The position numbers and the translations under genes are program-made. Shown here one piece after another: positions 40,241-52,581 of a stretch of DNA of 64,000 nucleotides. This DNA is from Octopus sinensis (lineage: Eukaryota): positions 6,262,001 through 6,326,000 of the forward strand of contig NC_043003.1 in assembly GCF_006345805.1 (NCBI RefSeq), given 5' to 3'. The notes beneath the pieces were generated by a model. The model saw nothing but the letters and a program-made list of their open reading frames with translations. It searched no databases and was not told the origin of the DNA. Each line of letters starts with the position of its first letter. Position 1 is the first letter of the stretch.

Positions 40241-40634
40241 GACGTAATTTCTGCTTCCTTAAAACTGAGATTACACACCTCGACCGCCTGTCATGTGACC
40301 TAGTGGCAGATGACGTCATACCGGATTCAAATGACGAGTTGTAATGGGTCAGGAAATGCATAATTCAAATAGGAAAATGAATCTATGTGAATGTATACAC
40401 ACCTGCGCGCGTCTGTGTGCGTTTGTGTATGTGTGGTGTGTGTGTTAAATATATTTCTATGTATTTTTGTAAATATGTCCTCCCCACTTATATATGCAAA
40501 AATATATAATTTACCCCTATATGCATGTATATATACATATAGATGTAGGTATGTACATATATGTATGTATATATGCATATGTTTTATTATTTGTTTATAT
40601 TATATTATATATATATATTATATATATATATATA

Positions 40635-40881
40635 TGCTTTATTTAAAGCAGCAGAAAATCAACAAAACCTGTTACTCTGAGTTTCCTGTTGCCGTTCATC
40701 AGACAGTTTTTGCTAGAATAGAACCGATTCTAGCAAAAACTGTCCGATGAACGGCAACAGGAAACTCAGAGTAACAGGTTTTGTTGAATTTTCTGCTGCT
40801 TTAAATAAAGCACATTACTCTACCACTGGTATTTGAGTACACTTTTTTCCACCTTGTTTCACATTTATGTTTTTACTCCGG
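40635..40881. mobile_element. Penelope-like pseudo-LTR fragment with inverted duplication; a hammerhead motif in each arm
   Basis: Arms 40635-40719 and 40727-40812 are inverted repeats. The minus arm reads AAAACUGU CUGAUGA ACG-GCAA-CAG GAA ACUCAGAGU A ACAGGUUUU. AATAAA lies downstream and the element is flanked by (TA)n. Confidence 0.7.
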
Positions 40882-41168
40882 TATATATATATATATATAT
40901 AACTTGCACACGCTGATGCATAGACACTCATTGACAAATCCTTTTTAAAAGTATTATCTACTTACGTTGTTTTGTTGAGTGCAACTTCTTTCAATTATCT
41001 AAAACAGAACTTCGGACCAGATGTTTCACATTAATTTATTTGCTAATAAGTATTCAACTCAGAAATATGACTGTTAACCTTCCAAAATGCCATGCAGATA
41101 GCCTGTTGCGCGTGTGTGCATGTATATACGTACATGTACATACATACATACATACATACATACATACA

Positions 41169-41202
<34 letters not shown>

Positions 41203-41750
41203 CATACATACATACATACATACATACATACATACATACATACATACATACATACATACGCAGCACATACATACATAAAGCTTTATGCAGGCCAGGTGTG
41301 TGAACACGTACGCATGAACCAACCCTGCTAGTTATGATACCTGTGCCGGCCGCACGTAAAAAGCACCATCCGAACGTGGTCGATGCCAGCACCGCCTTGA
41401 CTGGCTTCTGTGCCGGCAGCACATGACCTGCTGTACTTGAGGAGACCTATTGAGTCAAGTACATCAAAATAAATATCAAATGGAAATTGTAGTTGTGATA
41501 CCTGTGCCGGTGGCACGTAAAAAGCACCTACTACACTCACGGAGTGGTTGGCGTTAGGAAGGGCAAAGTGCTTATGAGTTCAATCTCACTACGCGGCACA
41601 TTGGGTGAATCTATTCGAATATAGCTTTGACCTGAGCGTTACTTGTGAGTGGAATTTCGTTGACAAACAAAATGTGCACAACCTCATTGTGCATAATATA
41701 CCTAGAAGTGTGTATATACATACATTATATATATATATATATATATATAT

Positions 41751-42200
41751 GATTGATTGATTGATTGATTGATTGATTCTAGTTTCAGCTTATGAGCTGT
41801 GGCCATGCTGGGGCACCGCCATTTGGTGTTGCTACTTGGTTTCACTTCATGGAGGCTTTCTAGCAACTGCTATTTGGTGCATGAGAGAGCTCGATGCAGC
41901 TGCCCTCATCTGCCCCTCCTGCCGTGAAGTTGGTTCATCTGGGACACCTGACAGGAAGAGATCCAGCTTCATTTTAAGACATCTGTATCCACCCAATGCA
42001 GGTCTCTCAGGTTCTTCGGGAGGATATTGAAGAGCTGTGGCCTCGGAAGCCCAGGCTATCACAGAATCTTGTCCTACATCTTGATGGCAGGTTTGGAGTC
42101 CTAGGCACCGCAGTGTGGCGCCAGTTCTGGCATTTGCGTAACTCTCGATGCCAAAGTTCAGGACACTTCCCTCCAGGATCTTCCAGATGTATATTATGGC
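41751..42200 (-). mobile_element. CR1-like LINE 3' end with (AATC)n tail
   Basis: AIIYIWKILEG..NFGIESY...; KMKLDLFLSGVPDEPT..Q...RAA.S.SL. The 3' UTR ends ggcggtgccccagcatggccacagctcataagctgaaac. Confidence 0.85.
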
Positions 42201-42241
<41 letters not shown>

Positions 42242-42666
42242 CATGTGTGTATATACTTACACTTTTACTTGATTCAGTCATTTGACTGCGGCCATGCTGG
42301 AGCACCGCCTTTAGTCGAGCAAATCGACCTCGGGACTTATTCTTTTGTAAGCCCAGTACTTATTCTATCGGTCTCTTTTGCCGAACAGCTAAGTGACGGG
42401 GACGTAAACACACCAGCATCGGTTGTCAAGCAATGCTAGGGGGACAAAAACAGACACACAAACACACAAACATATATATATATATACATATATGCGACAG
42501 GCTTCTTTCAGTTTCCGTCTACCAAATCCACTCACAAGGCATTGGGCTATAGCAGAAGACACTTGCCCAAGATGCCACGCAGTGGGACTGAACCCGGAAC
42601 CATGTGGTTGGTTAGCAAACTACTTACCACACAGCCACCTCTGCGCCTATATATATATAATATATA

Positions 42667-42697
<31 letters not shown>

Positions 42698-42698
42698 A

Positions 42699-42734
<36 letters not shown>

Positions 42735-42778
42735 TATATATATATAAACCTTATATATATATATATATATATATATAA

Positions 42779-42818
<40 letters not shown>

Positions 42819-42965
42819 TTATATATATATATATATAAGGTTTATATATAAGCTTGAAATAAGTATAAGGTTTATATATAAGCTTCAAATAAGTATAAGG
42901 TTTATATATAAGCTTGAAGTAAGTATAAGAATGTGAATTGTCCGCTTAATAAAAAAATTCTATAT

Positions 42966-43051
42966 GTGGCTGAAGATTGCTCGTCATTTTAAAACTGATG
43001 TAATACTTATAGTGTTTAATAAAATGAAGTAGAATGAAACAATTGTACTAC
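42966..43051 (+). ncRNA. Hammerhead ribozyme-like motif, canonical core, long stem II
   Basis: GUGG CUGAAGA UUGCU..UCAUUUUA...UAAAAUGA AGUAG AAU GAA ACAAUUGU A CUAC. Palindromic stem III; base of stem II imperfect. Confidence 0.6.
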
Positions 43052-43128
43052 CCTACCTTGGATATTCTTGTTGCTTATTTTCGTTATATATATATACATG
43101 TATATATATACATATACATATATATTAT

Positions 43129-43159
<31 letters not shown>

Positions 43160-43196
43160 TATATATATATAATATATATATTATATATATATATGC

Positions 43197-43262
<66 letters not shown>

Positions 43263-43380
43263 TTAGATATGTATATGTGTACGTCCGTCGATGAGCGCGG
43301 CTATACGCGTGAACTATATATTATACATACATAATATAATGTATACACACACATATATAGACACACACGTACATACACAC

Positions 43381-43422
<42 letters not shown>

Positions 43423-44019
43423 TATATAATATATATATATATAGGTAGTCACACACACTTACGTGTGTGTATGTGCATTTATGCTTGTGTATGTGTGCGC
43501 GCGCGTGAGTTTATTTCCATTTTCTTGTTTCCCTTTAATATGTGCAAGAAGGTGACATAAATAATAAATTATGGAATCTTGCATTCAATTCCTTCGCTAC
43601 GATGTCACTGAGTATTTGGGATGCCATATTGAATTGCTTGTCCATTGTTCTCCTACCTCTACCCCTTCCTACACCCACCCTCCCTCTCTTCCTCCTCTCC
43701 TCCTCCTCCTGCTTCATTTTCTCTATTCTCTCTTTCCTCTTTTCTTCTCTCTCTTTCCTTTTCTCTCTCAATGGTGGCTCGTTATGGCGGGCAATGGCTT
43801 AGCTGACAAGTATAAAGCTAAAGTTGACCATTTGATATGGTCGTTGCTGTCTGAAACCATGTGTGCTGACCTGACTGGCCTCCATCAATGAGATTCTAAT
43901 ATAATAACAGAGTTCACTGGGTCGGTCTTAGATCTTTTACTCCAGTTTGCTTCAATGGATAAAGCAGACGACACAACGGCAACTTTAGAATGTCGTTGTG
44001 TGTGGCGTACGAGTGTGTT

Positions 44020-44067
<48 letters not shown>

Positions 44068-44070
44068 AGT

Positions 44071-44109
<39 letters not shown>

Positions 44110-44619
44110 CATGTGTGTGTTTTGTGGGTATATTCTTTGTATTTTGTGTATGTATAGAGATATTGTAATGTCTAACTTAATGTGATAAGTGTATGACCGT
44201 GTATAGAAGTGTATTAATGTGTGTGTGCGTGTATGTATGTGTTCATATCTGTGTGTGCTTGTATGTAGATATGGGTTAGTGTCTGCGTGAGTCTGTATAG
44301 AAAACTGTTAATACTTTTGTATGTATTTGTACCTATGTGTTAATGTGTGTAAAATCCATTTGTGTTAATATATATATGTGTGTGTCTATGTCTACCTATG
44401 TGTTAATCTCTATGTGTACGAGTGTTAAGTGTGAATATGGGTTAACGTCTATGTTGTGTGTTTGTATGTGTGCGTGTGTGTAGATACATTAAATGTCTGT
44501 TATGTATGACCGTCTGTGTGTGTGTGATGTGTGTTAATGCCTCTGTGTACACACGTTTTAGTGCCTCTATCTGTTTGTGTGTGTGTGTGTGTGGTGTGTG
44601 TGTGTGTGTGTGTGTCCGT

Positions 44620-45080
44620 CATCTTTCCGTGGCATTTGCAACCAAAGGTTCAAGTTACCCCTCTAAAAACTCTGTGACAGCAATGGCCACTGGTCTCTGT
44701 CCACCTACACACACACAATGTGTGAAGGTGGATACTTCCACAGTGTTAGGACTTGTCCAGTCCTGAATGTTGTCAGACCAGGATTTTCTGAATCTCCTGT
44801 TGTATTCTGAACAACGGTGGAGTACATGTCTGTAAAAGCTAAGCTTTCACCATTTGAATTGTGGTTCTTGTCCACTACCATATTTAGTAATGTTTCTGGC
44901 TGACAAAGCTGTTTGTCTTGTGTTCTATAAACGAAACAGGGATCAGTGTTCAGAAAATAATCTGCCTGAATACCTGGATTCTGCGATCTGCGTTAGTTGC
45001 AACTAAATACAGACTTTCACACTCAAACTGAAAGACGGAAGCCATTTAGACCTTTTATATTTTCAGCTTTGTAGGGAAAA
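44620..45080 (-). mobile_element. Old RTE-clade LINE 3' remnant
   Basis: Degenerate CES....RRIQVF; SFIEHKTNSFV; RKSWSDNIQDWT. Confidence 0.55.
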
Positions 45081-45725
45081 CCTTATGCAATGGTGGTGGT
45101 TTGTTTGTTTGTTTGTTGAGCGTAGCGGTCTTCGTCCCTTCGTGGTCTTCGTCCGAAACGTGGTCCTTTTGCTATTCGTAAGACCCGCAGAAGAGAAAGC
45201 AGGTCAGCCCCAGACATCGAGAGCATCGACGGATGGATGAATGCGCATCCAGGCTCTGCGGTTGCGTAGGAGGTCGGGGACACGAAACAGGAAGAAAGAG
45301 TGAGAGAAAGTTGGGGCGAAATAGTACAACAGGGATCGCCACCACCCCCTGCCGGAGCCTCGTTGAGCTTTTAGATGTTTTCGCTCAATAAACACACACA
45401 ACGCCAAGTCTGGGAATCGAAACCGCGATCCTCCGACAGCGAGTCCGCTGCCCTAACTATTGGGCCAATGCGCCTCTACAGTGGTGGTGGTGGTGGTGTT
45501 CACAAGAACTGCGATGTCTGAATTTTCGTACAGTGACCCTTTTATGTTGTCACTTAGGGAATTGGTATCATCTTCAAATTAAGTTGACGGTTGGAAAGCT
45601 TCCACCCGCTTTGCCCCACCAAATGCTACAATACTGTTTCCTTTTCTTTATTACAATTTGTCCATATCAAATCATTTAAGTGAAAGATCTTTTACATATT
45701 TGTCTAAGTTCGTATCTACGTTTTT

Positions 45726-45769
<44 letters not shown>

Positions 45770-46084
45770 TGTGTGTGTGTGTTGTGTGTGTGTGTGTGGT
45801 GTGTGTGTGTGTGTATGGTGTGTGTGTGTGTGTGTGTGTAGAAATGTGTATGTGTGCAACAGTGTAGATACGTCTATATGTAATCGTGTGAGGATATGTG
45901 TATATATGTGCGTGTAGAAATATGTATGTATTCTGAGAACCTCCAGGATAAGGCACCAGGAAGCTGTGCTGGTCCCATGGAGAACATTTGTCCTCACTTA
46001 TCCGAATTACTGCTCTCAACTATGGTGTCTTCAGCTGCTGTGAAAGACTGAAAGAATCACGACTCTGCTCACTAGGGCGAAGGT

Positions 46085-46476
46085 GGGAGTGATGTGTTGT
46101 GATATACTTATAGAAGATCGTAGAAGGGCTGATACCAAATTTTGGCACTAAGCCCCCGAACATTGCATTGTTTCAAAGGTCCCAACGATCCCGCCGAGTA
46201 TAAAGAACCGGTACGGCAAATAGCTTAGGATTCAGAGGTCCACAGCTATTTAATATCCCCATCTGAGAGATCTACATGGAGTGTGGGTAGATGTTTTCAA
46301 GAAGGAACTCGACTTTCTGCTGTCTGAGATCCCAAGGGAACCTACATCACGGAAAGGGACTCAAAAGAGAGCAATAATATCAAACACTATCTTGAGAATG
46401 GCCATTGAGAAGGTGAAGGTATTTATGAAGCTCCCCCATGGTCACAGCCTTTGGGCTGATGCGAAGGTAATAAGAA
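46085..46476 (+). mobile_element. CR1-like LINE 3' remnant
   Basis: IVEGLIPNFG; LGFRGPQLFNI; VDVFKKELDFLLSEIP.EPT. Terminal CATGGTCACAGCCTTTGGGCTG stem-loop. Confidence 0.75.
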
Positions 46477-46711
46477 TGTGTATATGTATGTGTTTGAAAA
46501 AAGCGTGTATGCCTATATGTAAAGTGTGCGTGTGTGTGTGCAATATGTATGTATATGTGTGTATGTGTATTGTGTATGTCGGTGCATATATTTTCTTATG
46601 TGTATGTGCAAATATATGTGTGTGCGAGTATAGATTAGTTAATTTGTGCGCGTAAGTGTGAATATATATATATTACGTCGTCTATGCATATATATATATA
46701 TATAATATATA

Positions 46712-46786
<75 letters not shown>

Positions 46787-46944
46787 TATAGTTATAGATA
46801 TATATACATATATATAGTTATAGATATATATACATATATATATATAGATAGATACATACATGCATACATACATACATACATACATACATACATACATACA
46901 TACATACATACATACATACATACATACATACATACTTATAAATG

Positions 46945-46986
<42 letters not shown>

Positions 46987-47029
46987 TAAATAAATGAAGT
47001 TGAACGCAGATGCTCTTAAAATTCTTTTA

Positions 47030-47115
47030 CTTTCGACATATGCTTCGAAGACAGCATTGGTTTTATTCCGAAGGAATAAACGGTGTAAAAAAATGCAATC
47101 TTCTCATCACGAAAG
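47030..47115 (-). ncRNA. Degenerate hammerhead ribozyme (C3>G, A15.1>G), long stem II
   Basis: Minus: CUUUC GUGAUGA GAAGA-UU-GCAUU...UUUAUUCC-UUC-GGAAUAAA...AAUGC-UG-UCUUC GAA GCAUAUGU C GAAAG. Confidence 0.6.
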
Positions 47116-47522
47116 AAAGAGAACCTATCTCAGCAACAAGACATTATAACAATTTTGATGACTACATAAATGATAAACAGAACGCTATTAAATATTTTTA
47201 AAAAGCCGTTAGTAGATCCGGCGTCAAAGGCAGACCCTAGGAAGAGAAGGGGTAAAGAAATAATAAGTAGAGAACAAATAAAGAGGGATATATATATATA
47301 TATACATATAAATGTGCAAATATATATATATATAGATATATATACATATATATAGTTATAAATAGATATATACATATAAATGTATATATATATATGTGTG
47401 TGTGTATGTGTATATATATATATATACATACATACATATATATACATATAAATGTACATATATATAGGTATATATATACATATATATACATATAAATGTA
47501 CACATATATATATATATGTATG

Positions 47523-47598
<76 letters not shown>

Positions 47599-47773
47599 TA
47601 TATGTATGTATATATATATATATATATATATCATTCGTATGTACTCTGTATGTATGTTTTTATGTCGTAAGTGATGTGTCTATACTTTATGTATTGTACA
47701 TATATTTTTGTGTGTGTATGTATAGAAATGTGTGTAAGAGTGTGTGTATGTGTGAGTGCGTGCGTGTGTGTGC

Positions 47774-47836
<63 letters not shown>

Positions 47837-47884
47837 GTATGTCGCATTTTAAGATGGGAAAGGAACAAATGCTTCCTTAGTCTT

Positions 47885-48145
47885 AATTGATATTTTTAAT
47901 GGAGATAATATTTCTCCCTCATCATTGATAATAGAATCCCTTCTGTTTGGCAAATTGCTGATCCCTTAGGCGTAAAATTCTTCAAGATTCAAAGCGAAGA
48001 ATCACTCAATATCATCTTAACCTCTTCACCATTAATAATCTGTTTCTTCTCTAAAATGAAGTTGCAATGATCTGAAAAGATGCGAGTCAGATGCAGCAAA
48101 GCCAGGAGAGGGAGGAGGATCGGGCAAAACTGCCGTAATCAGTGG
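47885..48145 (-). mobile_element. Mariner transposase C-terminal remnant
   Basis: VLPDPPPSPGFAASDSHLFRSLQ is a degenerate VLPHPPYSPDLAPSDYHLFRSLQ. Confidence 0.75.
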
Positions 48146-48153
48146 ACACCCGG

Positions 48154-48196
<43 letters not shown>

Positions 48197-48229
48197 TGTG
48201 TGCGTGCGTGCGTGTGAGTGTTTAGATAG

Positions 48230-48310
<81 letters not shown>

Positions 48311-49710
48311 ACGAAAAAAAAACAAATGAAGACAGGTGGTGTACAAAACAAACAGATATATTAGTATAACGCTCGGGAATTGAAAAAGTCTTTAACGTTT
48401 CGAGTCTACGCTCTTCTACAGAGAGGGACACAGAAAAAACAAGGAGAGAAAAAAATGTGTGTAGTGGCTACCGATCTATCATGGCGACTGCCGGACAGAA
48501 GGGTCACACAGGAGAGCGAAGAAGTAGGGGAGATAATAAAATAGTAGTGATCCCAAAATGAAGGTGCGCGCGTGTGTAAGAGAGTACGTATGTGCGTGTG
48601 TGTATGTGTAGGTGTGAGAATGTGGGGATGGGAATTGGTCAGTGCTGGTGTGTGGGTGGTAGTGTGTTGTGATGTGATGTGTGGTGTGGTGTGATGTTGT
48701 TGGGAGGTGGGGGAGGTGAGAGTGGGGAAAGCACGGGAGGGGTGTGGGTTAGGCAGAGGGTTGGGGTTTGTGGGGGTAGAGAGGTGGGGTATATGGGAGA
48801 GGGTGGAATATATATATACATACACACACATATATAAATGTGTGTAAAGACGCACGGCTTAGTGGCTAAGATATTCGGCTCATTATAGTAAAGTCGTGAG
48901 TTCGATTCCCGGCGACTTGTTGTGTCCTTGAGTTGTGTCCTTGGGCAAGATACTTTATTTCACGTTGCTCCAGTCCACTCAGCTGACAAGAAATAGTTGT
49001 ACCTGTATTTCAAATGGCAAACCTTGTCGTATTCTTTGTGTCACGTTAAATCTTTCTGAGAACTACGTTAAGGGTACGGCGTGTCTGTGGAGTGCTCAGC
49101 CACATGCACGTTAATTTCACGAGTGGGCTGTCCAGTTGATCGGATCAGCTGGGACCCTGGTCGTCGTAACCGACAGAGTGCTAGTTGTGTTCGAAGGAGG
49201 CGAAATGCCTGAAAGTGTCGAAACGGGCGACTGAGTAAGAGTAGAAATTATAGCAGCGCTTGCTGTGTCTGATGCAATTCCACAAGCCGAATTTTACATC
49301 AGAGACACAGGGTGCAAGGAGAGATGCTGTAATGCAAGTGCAGTTCAGCCCCGTAAAATGAAGCAGAGTCGAGCTGGTGTACATGAGTTGGCATCACGGG
49401 ATTGTAAAAACCTCAGGACGTCGAAGCACTGAGTTGATCCAATTGGTGGAATTCAAAAGGTGGAGTGGGTGTCGAAACGAAAAGGTGAATGGGGGGAAAG
49501 GTCCTCAATGGTTGCATCATTGGTAAAAATCGCAGGCCATCTTCGATGTGGTGTCTAAATGGTGGCAAGCGGGGAAAATTAAGCCCGAGTGAGGCCAGGT
49601 CTGTGTGTTTTCGCGAGCATAATATAGAGTTGCTGCTGGGTCGATTGAATATTGGCGGCGAAAACTGAGATTCGACTTGGGCAAAACCACAACTTAACGT
49701 CTCCAAGGTA

Positions 49711-50675
49711 CAGGGATTGGGAAAAATAATGAAAACACCTTAAAATTTCAAACAAATTTATTTTAATATAGAGTAGTACCGCAGTTGGCAGTAATTGCAG
49801 CTTGAATTCTATGAGGTATGAACTCGTACAAAGTTTGGATTGTTTCCAAAGGAATTTTTTTTTTATTCTCCAGCTAAAATAGTCTCCAGTTCTTATAGTG
49901 ATGATGGTGGAGGATATCGACTCCTTACTTGTTTTTCTAAAATGCACCATAAATGTTCGATAATATTGAGATCTTGGGACTGTGGTAGCCAGATAAGATG
50001 TTCAACTCCACTAGAATGAGCCTCGTGCCATTCAGTAACAACTTTAGCTGCGTGAATTGGTACATTATCATCCTGAAAGATCGCGTTTCCCTCCGGAAAC
50101 AGTTCTGCAACTATAGGATGAATTTGATCAGATAAAATGCTTAAATAGTCTTGACTATTAATTCTGCCATGAAGAGAAGCCATTGAGCCGGCGGATTTCC
50201 AAGACGTGGCATCTCAGATCATTACAGATCCTCCTCCATGTTCAACAGTTGGAAGTCTGGGTCAAATGCTTCTTTTAGCTGTCTCCACACGTATACTCGG
50301 CCGGTGGTCAGAAATAAGGTAAAGGATGACTCGTCCGAGAAAATAACATTCTTCCATTGCTCTAGGGACCAATTCTGTAGGTTTTTACTCCACTATAAAC
50401 GCTTTGCAACGTTTGTTTTTGAAAGTAGTGGTTTTCTGATTGCAGCCCTCCCGTGAAATCCGGCTTTGTGCAGTTTTTGTGGAAACTGGGTTCTCGAAGT
50501 GGTCATTAAGCTCTGCAATAATTTTGGGAGCTGTACTTTTGTGATCCTTTCTAACAATTCGTGCAAGAGTTCGACGGTCCCTATTTGAAAGTTTTGATTT
50601 TCTTCCAGAGTTGTGTTTCGACGAGGAGATTTTCCCCTCTTTCTCAAAGGCTGTCATTACTTTCAAGACAGATGC
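49711..50675 (-). mobile_element. Decayed Tc1 (DD34E) transposon
   Basis: KHNSGRKSKLSNRDRRTL; GFHGRAAIRKPLL; IFSDESSF; IFQDDNVPIH; WLPQSQDLNIIEHLW. TA|CAG terminus at 49709-49713. Confidence 0.9.
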
Positions 50676-51274
50676 GTCACTGTTCCCAACCTCCACATGT
50701 CTTCTCAAGTCTTGTAGCGATGGAAACAGGGAGAAAATGGGAGGTGAATGATGTCACTGGAGGTCATAACCCCCAATCCTTCATGCAAACGAACCAAGGG
50801 TATGGTTGCCTGATGTTGACCTGGGGATGACAACATCGCTCAGTAGCACCTGAACGATCAGTCAGCTCTTTTTAAGGCCGACACTGCTTCTCCATACAGA
50901 GAGAGGTCTAGAAAAAGCGGCGTAATCAAAGCTCGTCTCCAATAACCCAGTTGGTAAACCGCCCTCAACAAGTACCTTCTAACGTGGTCAAACAACAACA
51001 AAAGCAAAAAGATCCACACCTCCCTCACTATGTCTATTTAGGTTCCTAGAACGTCTTGGATGTCTCCACAGACTCTTCGACATGTTCATCCGGCTAGGTG
51101 GAAATTGCTAGCGCCGGGTCAGGTACACCCTTTCTGAGTCCTTCTTTATTGGCAACTGTGTGGAGCAGGTCTGTGTCCTTGTGCTGTCCCTTTGAACCAT
51201 TCTCATCTGAATGATGCTCCAGCAGACAGCGAAGGCGACATCTACATACAGTTCCGTACTGATAGCAACCACTT

Positions 51275-51573
51275 CGGATCTTTTCATTTTGACCGGCAGA
51301 TTTTTAAAATAATTTCTTTGTAACTAAACACTTTTAAACTTCTTATACTGGTAGAATGTGTTACATAAAACATCTTTTTCTCTTGGCTTTCTTGAGAAAA
51401 TTCTGTAGTTTGTAAGCTATTTGTTGTTTAATTTCTTGCATTTCGGCAATTTCAACCAATCAATGACGTCTAATGAGGTGAATACAATTTCTGCCGTATT
51501 TTGTTAACAACACCGCCAGAAAATGTTGTTGACAAAATACGGCAGAAATTGTATTCACCACAATAGACGTCAT
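51275..51573. mobile_element. Palindromic MITE, left arm + centre
   Basis: Reverse complement of 56135-56384; internally symmetric around caccgccaga (51511-51520). Confidence 0.75.
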
Positions 51574-51950
51574 CCACCACTTCAAACACTGGGAGGCCTG
51601 CAAGTTCACACTGGAGCGCAAGAGTCACCCATCCTTGAGCTACTTTTCGCAGACAAAAGCTGTTGTCTGGGTTGCCTACACAGACACAGCCGTGCAGCAT
51701 GTCACCTCATTGTCCTCCGGGTAGCAGTCTCTTTTGAAGTCACCCAAAGGACTATTCTTTCCGACACGAAAGAAAGGAGAAGAAACAACGACACAACAAC
51801 CAACCTTCATCAGCCTAAGCTTCCCATTGCAGCTTCTGCGCTCTTTCCTGTTTGTCCCAAATCGGACTGGTCGGCCATCGGCACGCTTGCAACAGACGTG
51901 AATATCGACTTCCGGTAAGTCTTCGTTCGCGAAGCCAAACCAAGAAAGAA
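51574..51950 (+). mobile_element. RTE-clade LINE 3' remnant (possibly continuous with 5'-like sequence at ~50700-51270)
   Basis: Degenerate CSFC.R...SQIGLVGHRHAC C-terminal motif followed by ...cttcgttcgcgaagccaaaccaagaaagaagaa tail. Confidence 0.55.
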
Positions 51951-52184
51951 GAACATTTATGCCCCAGCATGGCCGCACTCTAATAGCTGGCACAAGGAAA
52001 AGAACATTATTCAAGTTAGTGGCAAGTTCAAAGAGAAGCTTTGCTTGGCTACTTGGAAGAAAGTTCTCGAAGGTAAGTCTTAGACAAAATATAATATTGT
52101 TTCGCATTTAGAGCCATGGACGAAACAGAATATATTATGTCGGACTAACGATTATTCTTTTACGTGTTTCAGTCATTTGACTTA

Positions 52185-52581
52185 TCTTTATATATAAAAG
52201 TGAAGTTGTGTGTCTGTCTCCTACAATTTAGATTCCTAACTACTCCCACATTTTGCGGTGCAGTTTAACCAAAACCGGGTATCTTATAGTCGTGATTCAT
52301 ATCGAGCCCTTCTGGGTATTAGCGCGCGTCTACGATGAGTCTACGATTTAAAAAAAAATTTACCATAATTTTTTTCCATTTTAATGCATTTTTTCGCTAT
52401 TATATAAGGGAAGTAACTCTCTAAAAATGTCTACGATGAGTCAACGATATTTTAAAAAATTTACCATAATTTTTTTTCCATTTTTAATGCATTTTTTGCT
52501 ATCTTTTGGCTATCACTCTCTAAAAATGCTTATATAGTTATTTCCCTTACAAACCCGAGCAACGCCGGGCGATACTGCTAG
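52185..52581 (+). mobile_element. Non-autonomous Helitron (family 1) inserted into a SINE
   Basis: A|TC...CCCGAGCAACGCCGGG...CTAG|T splits the SINE motif gacttA|Ttcttt with no target-site duplication. Confidence 0.9.

Noticed and set aside
39460-40344. 294-aa extensin/mucin-like ORF
   Set aside because: (CAC/CAT)n microsatellite, open on both strands, with no splice or domain support.
43535-43990. Charged ORF (MREKRKERE...) as an exon
   Set aside because: Driven by a CT-rich low-complexity tract, with stops in the flanking frames and no convincing splice sites.
3881-48346. Numerous [16 protein letters not shown] ORFs
   Set aside because: Translations of (TA)n, (CA)n, (CT)n and (CATA)n microsatellites.
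50700-51270. HDV-like ribozyme in a putative RTE 5' UTR
   Set aside because: I could not build the nested double pseudoknot by eye; it would need an Infernal/RNArobo search.
51676-52107. 143-aa minus-strand ORF as a gene divergent from FDXACB1
   Set aside because: Antisense to a decayed RTE 3' end; no recognisable domain or ATG start.
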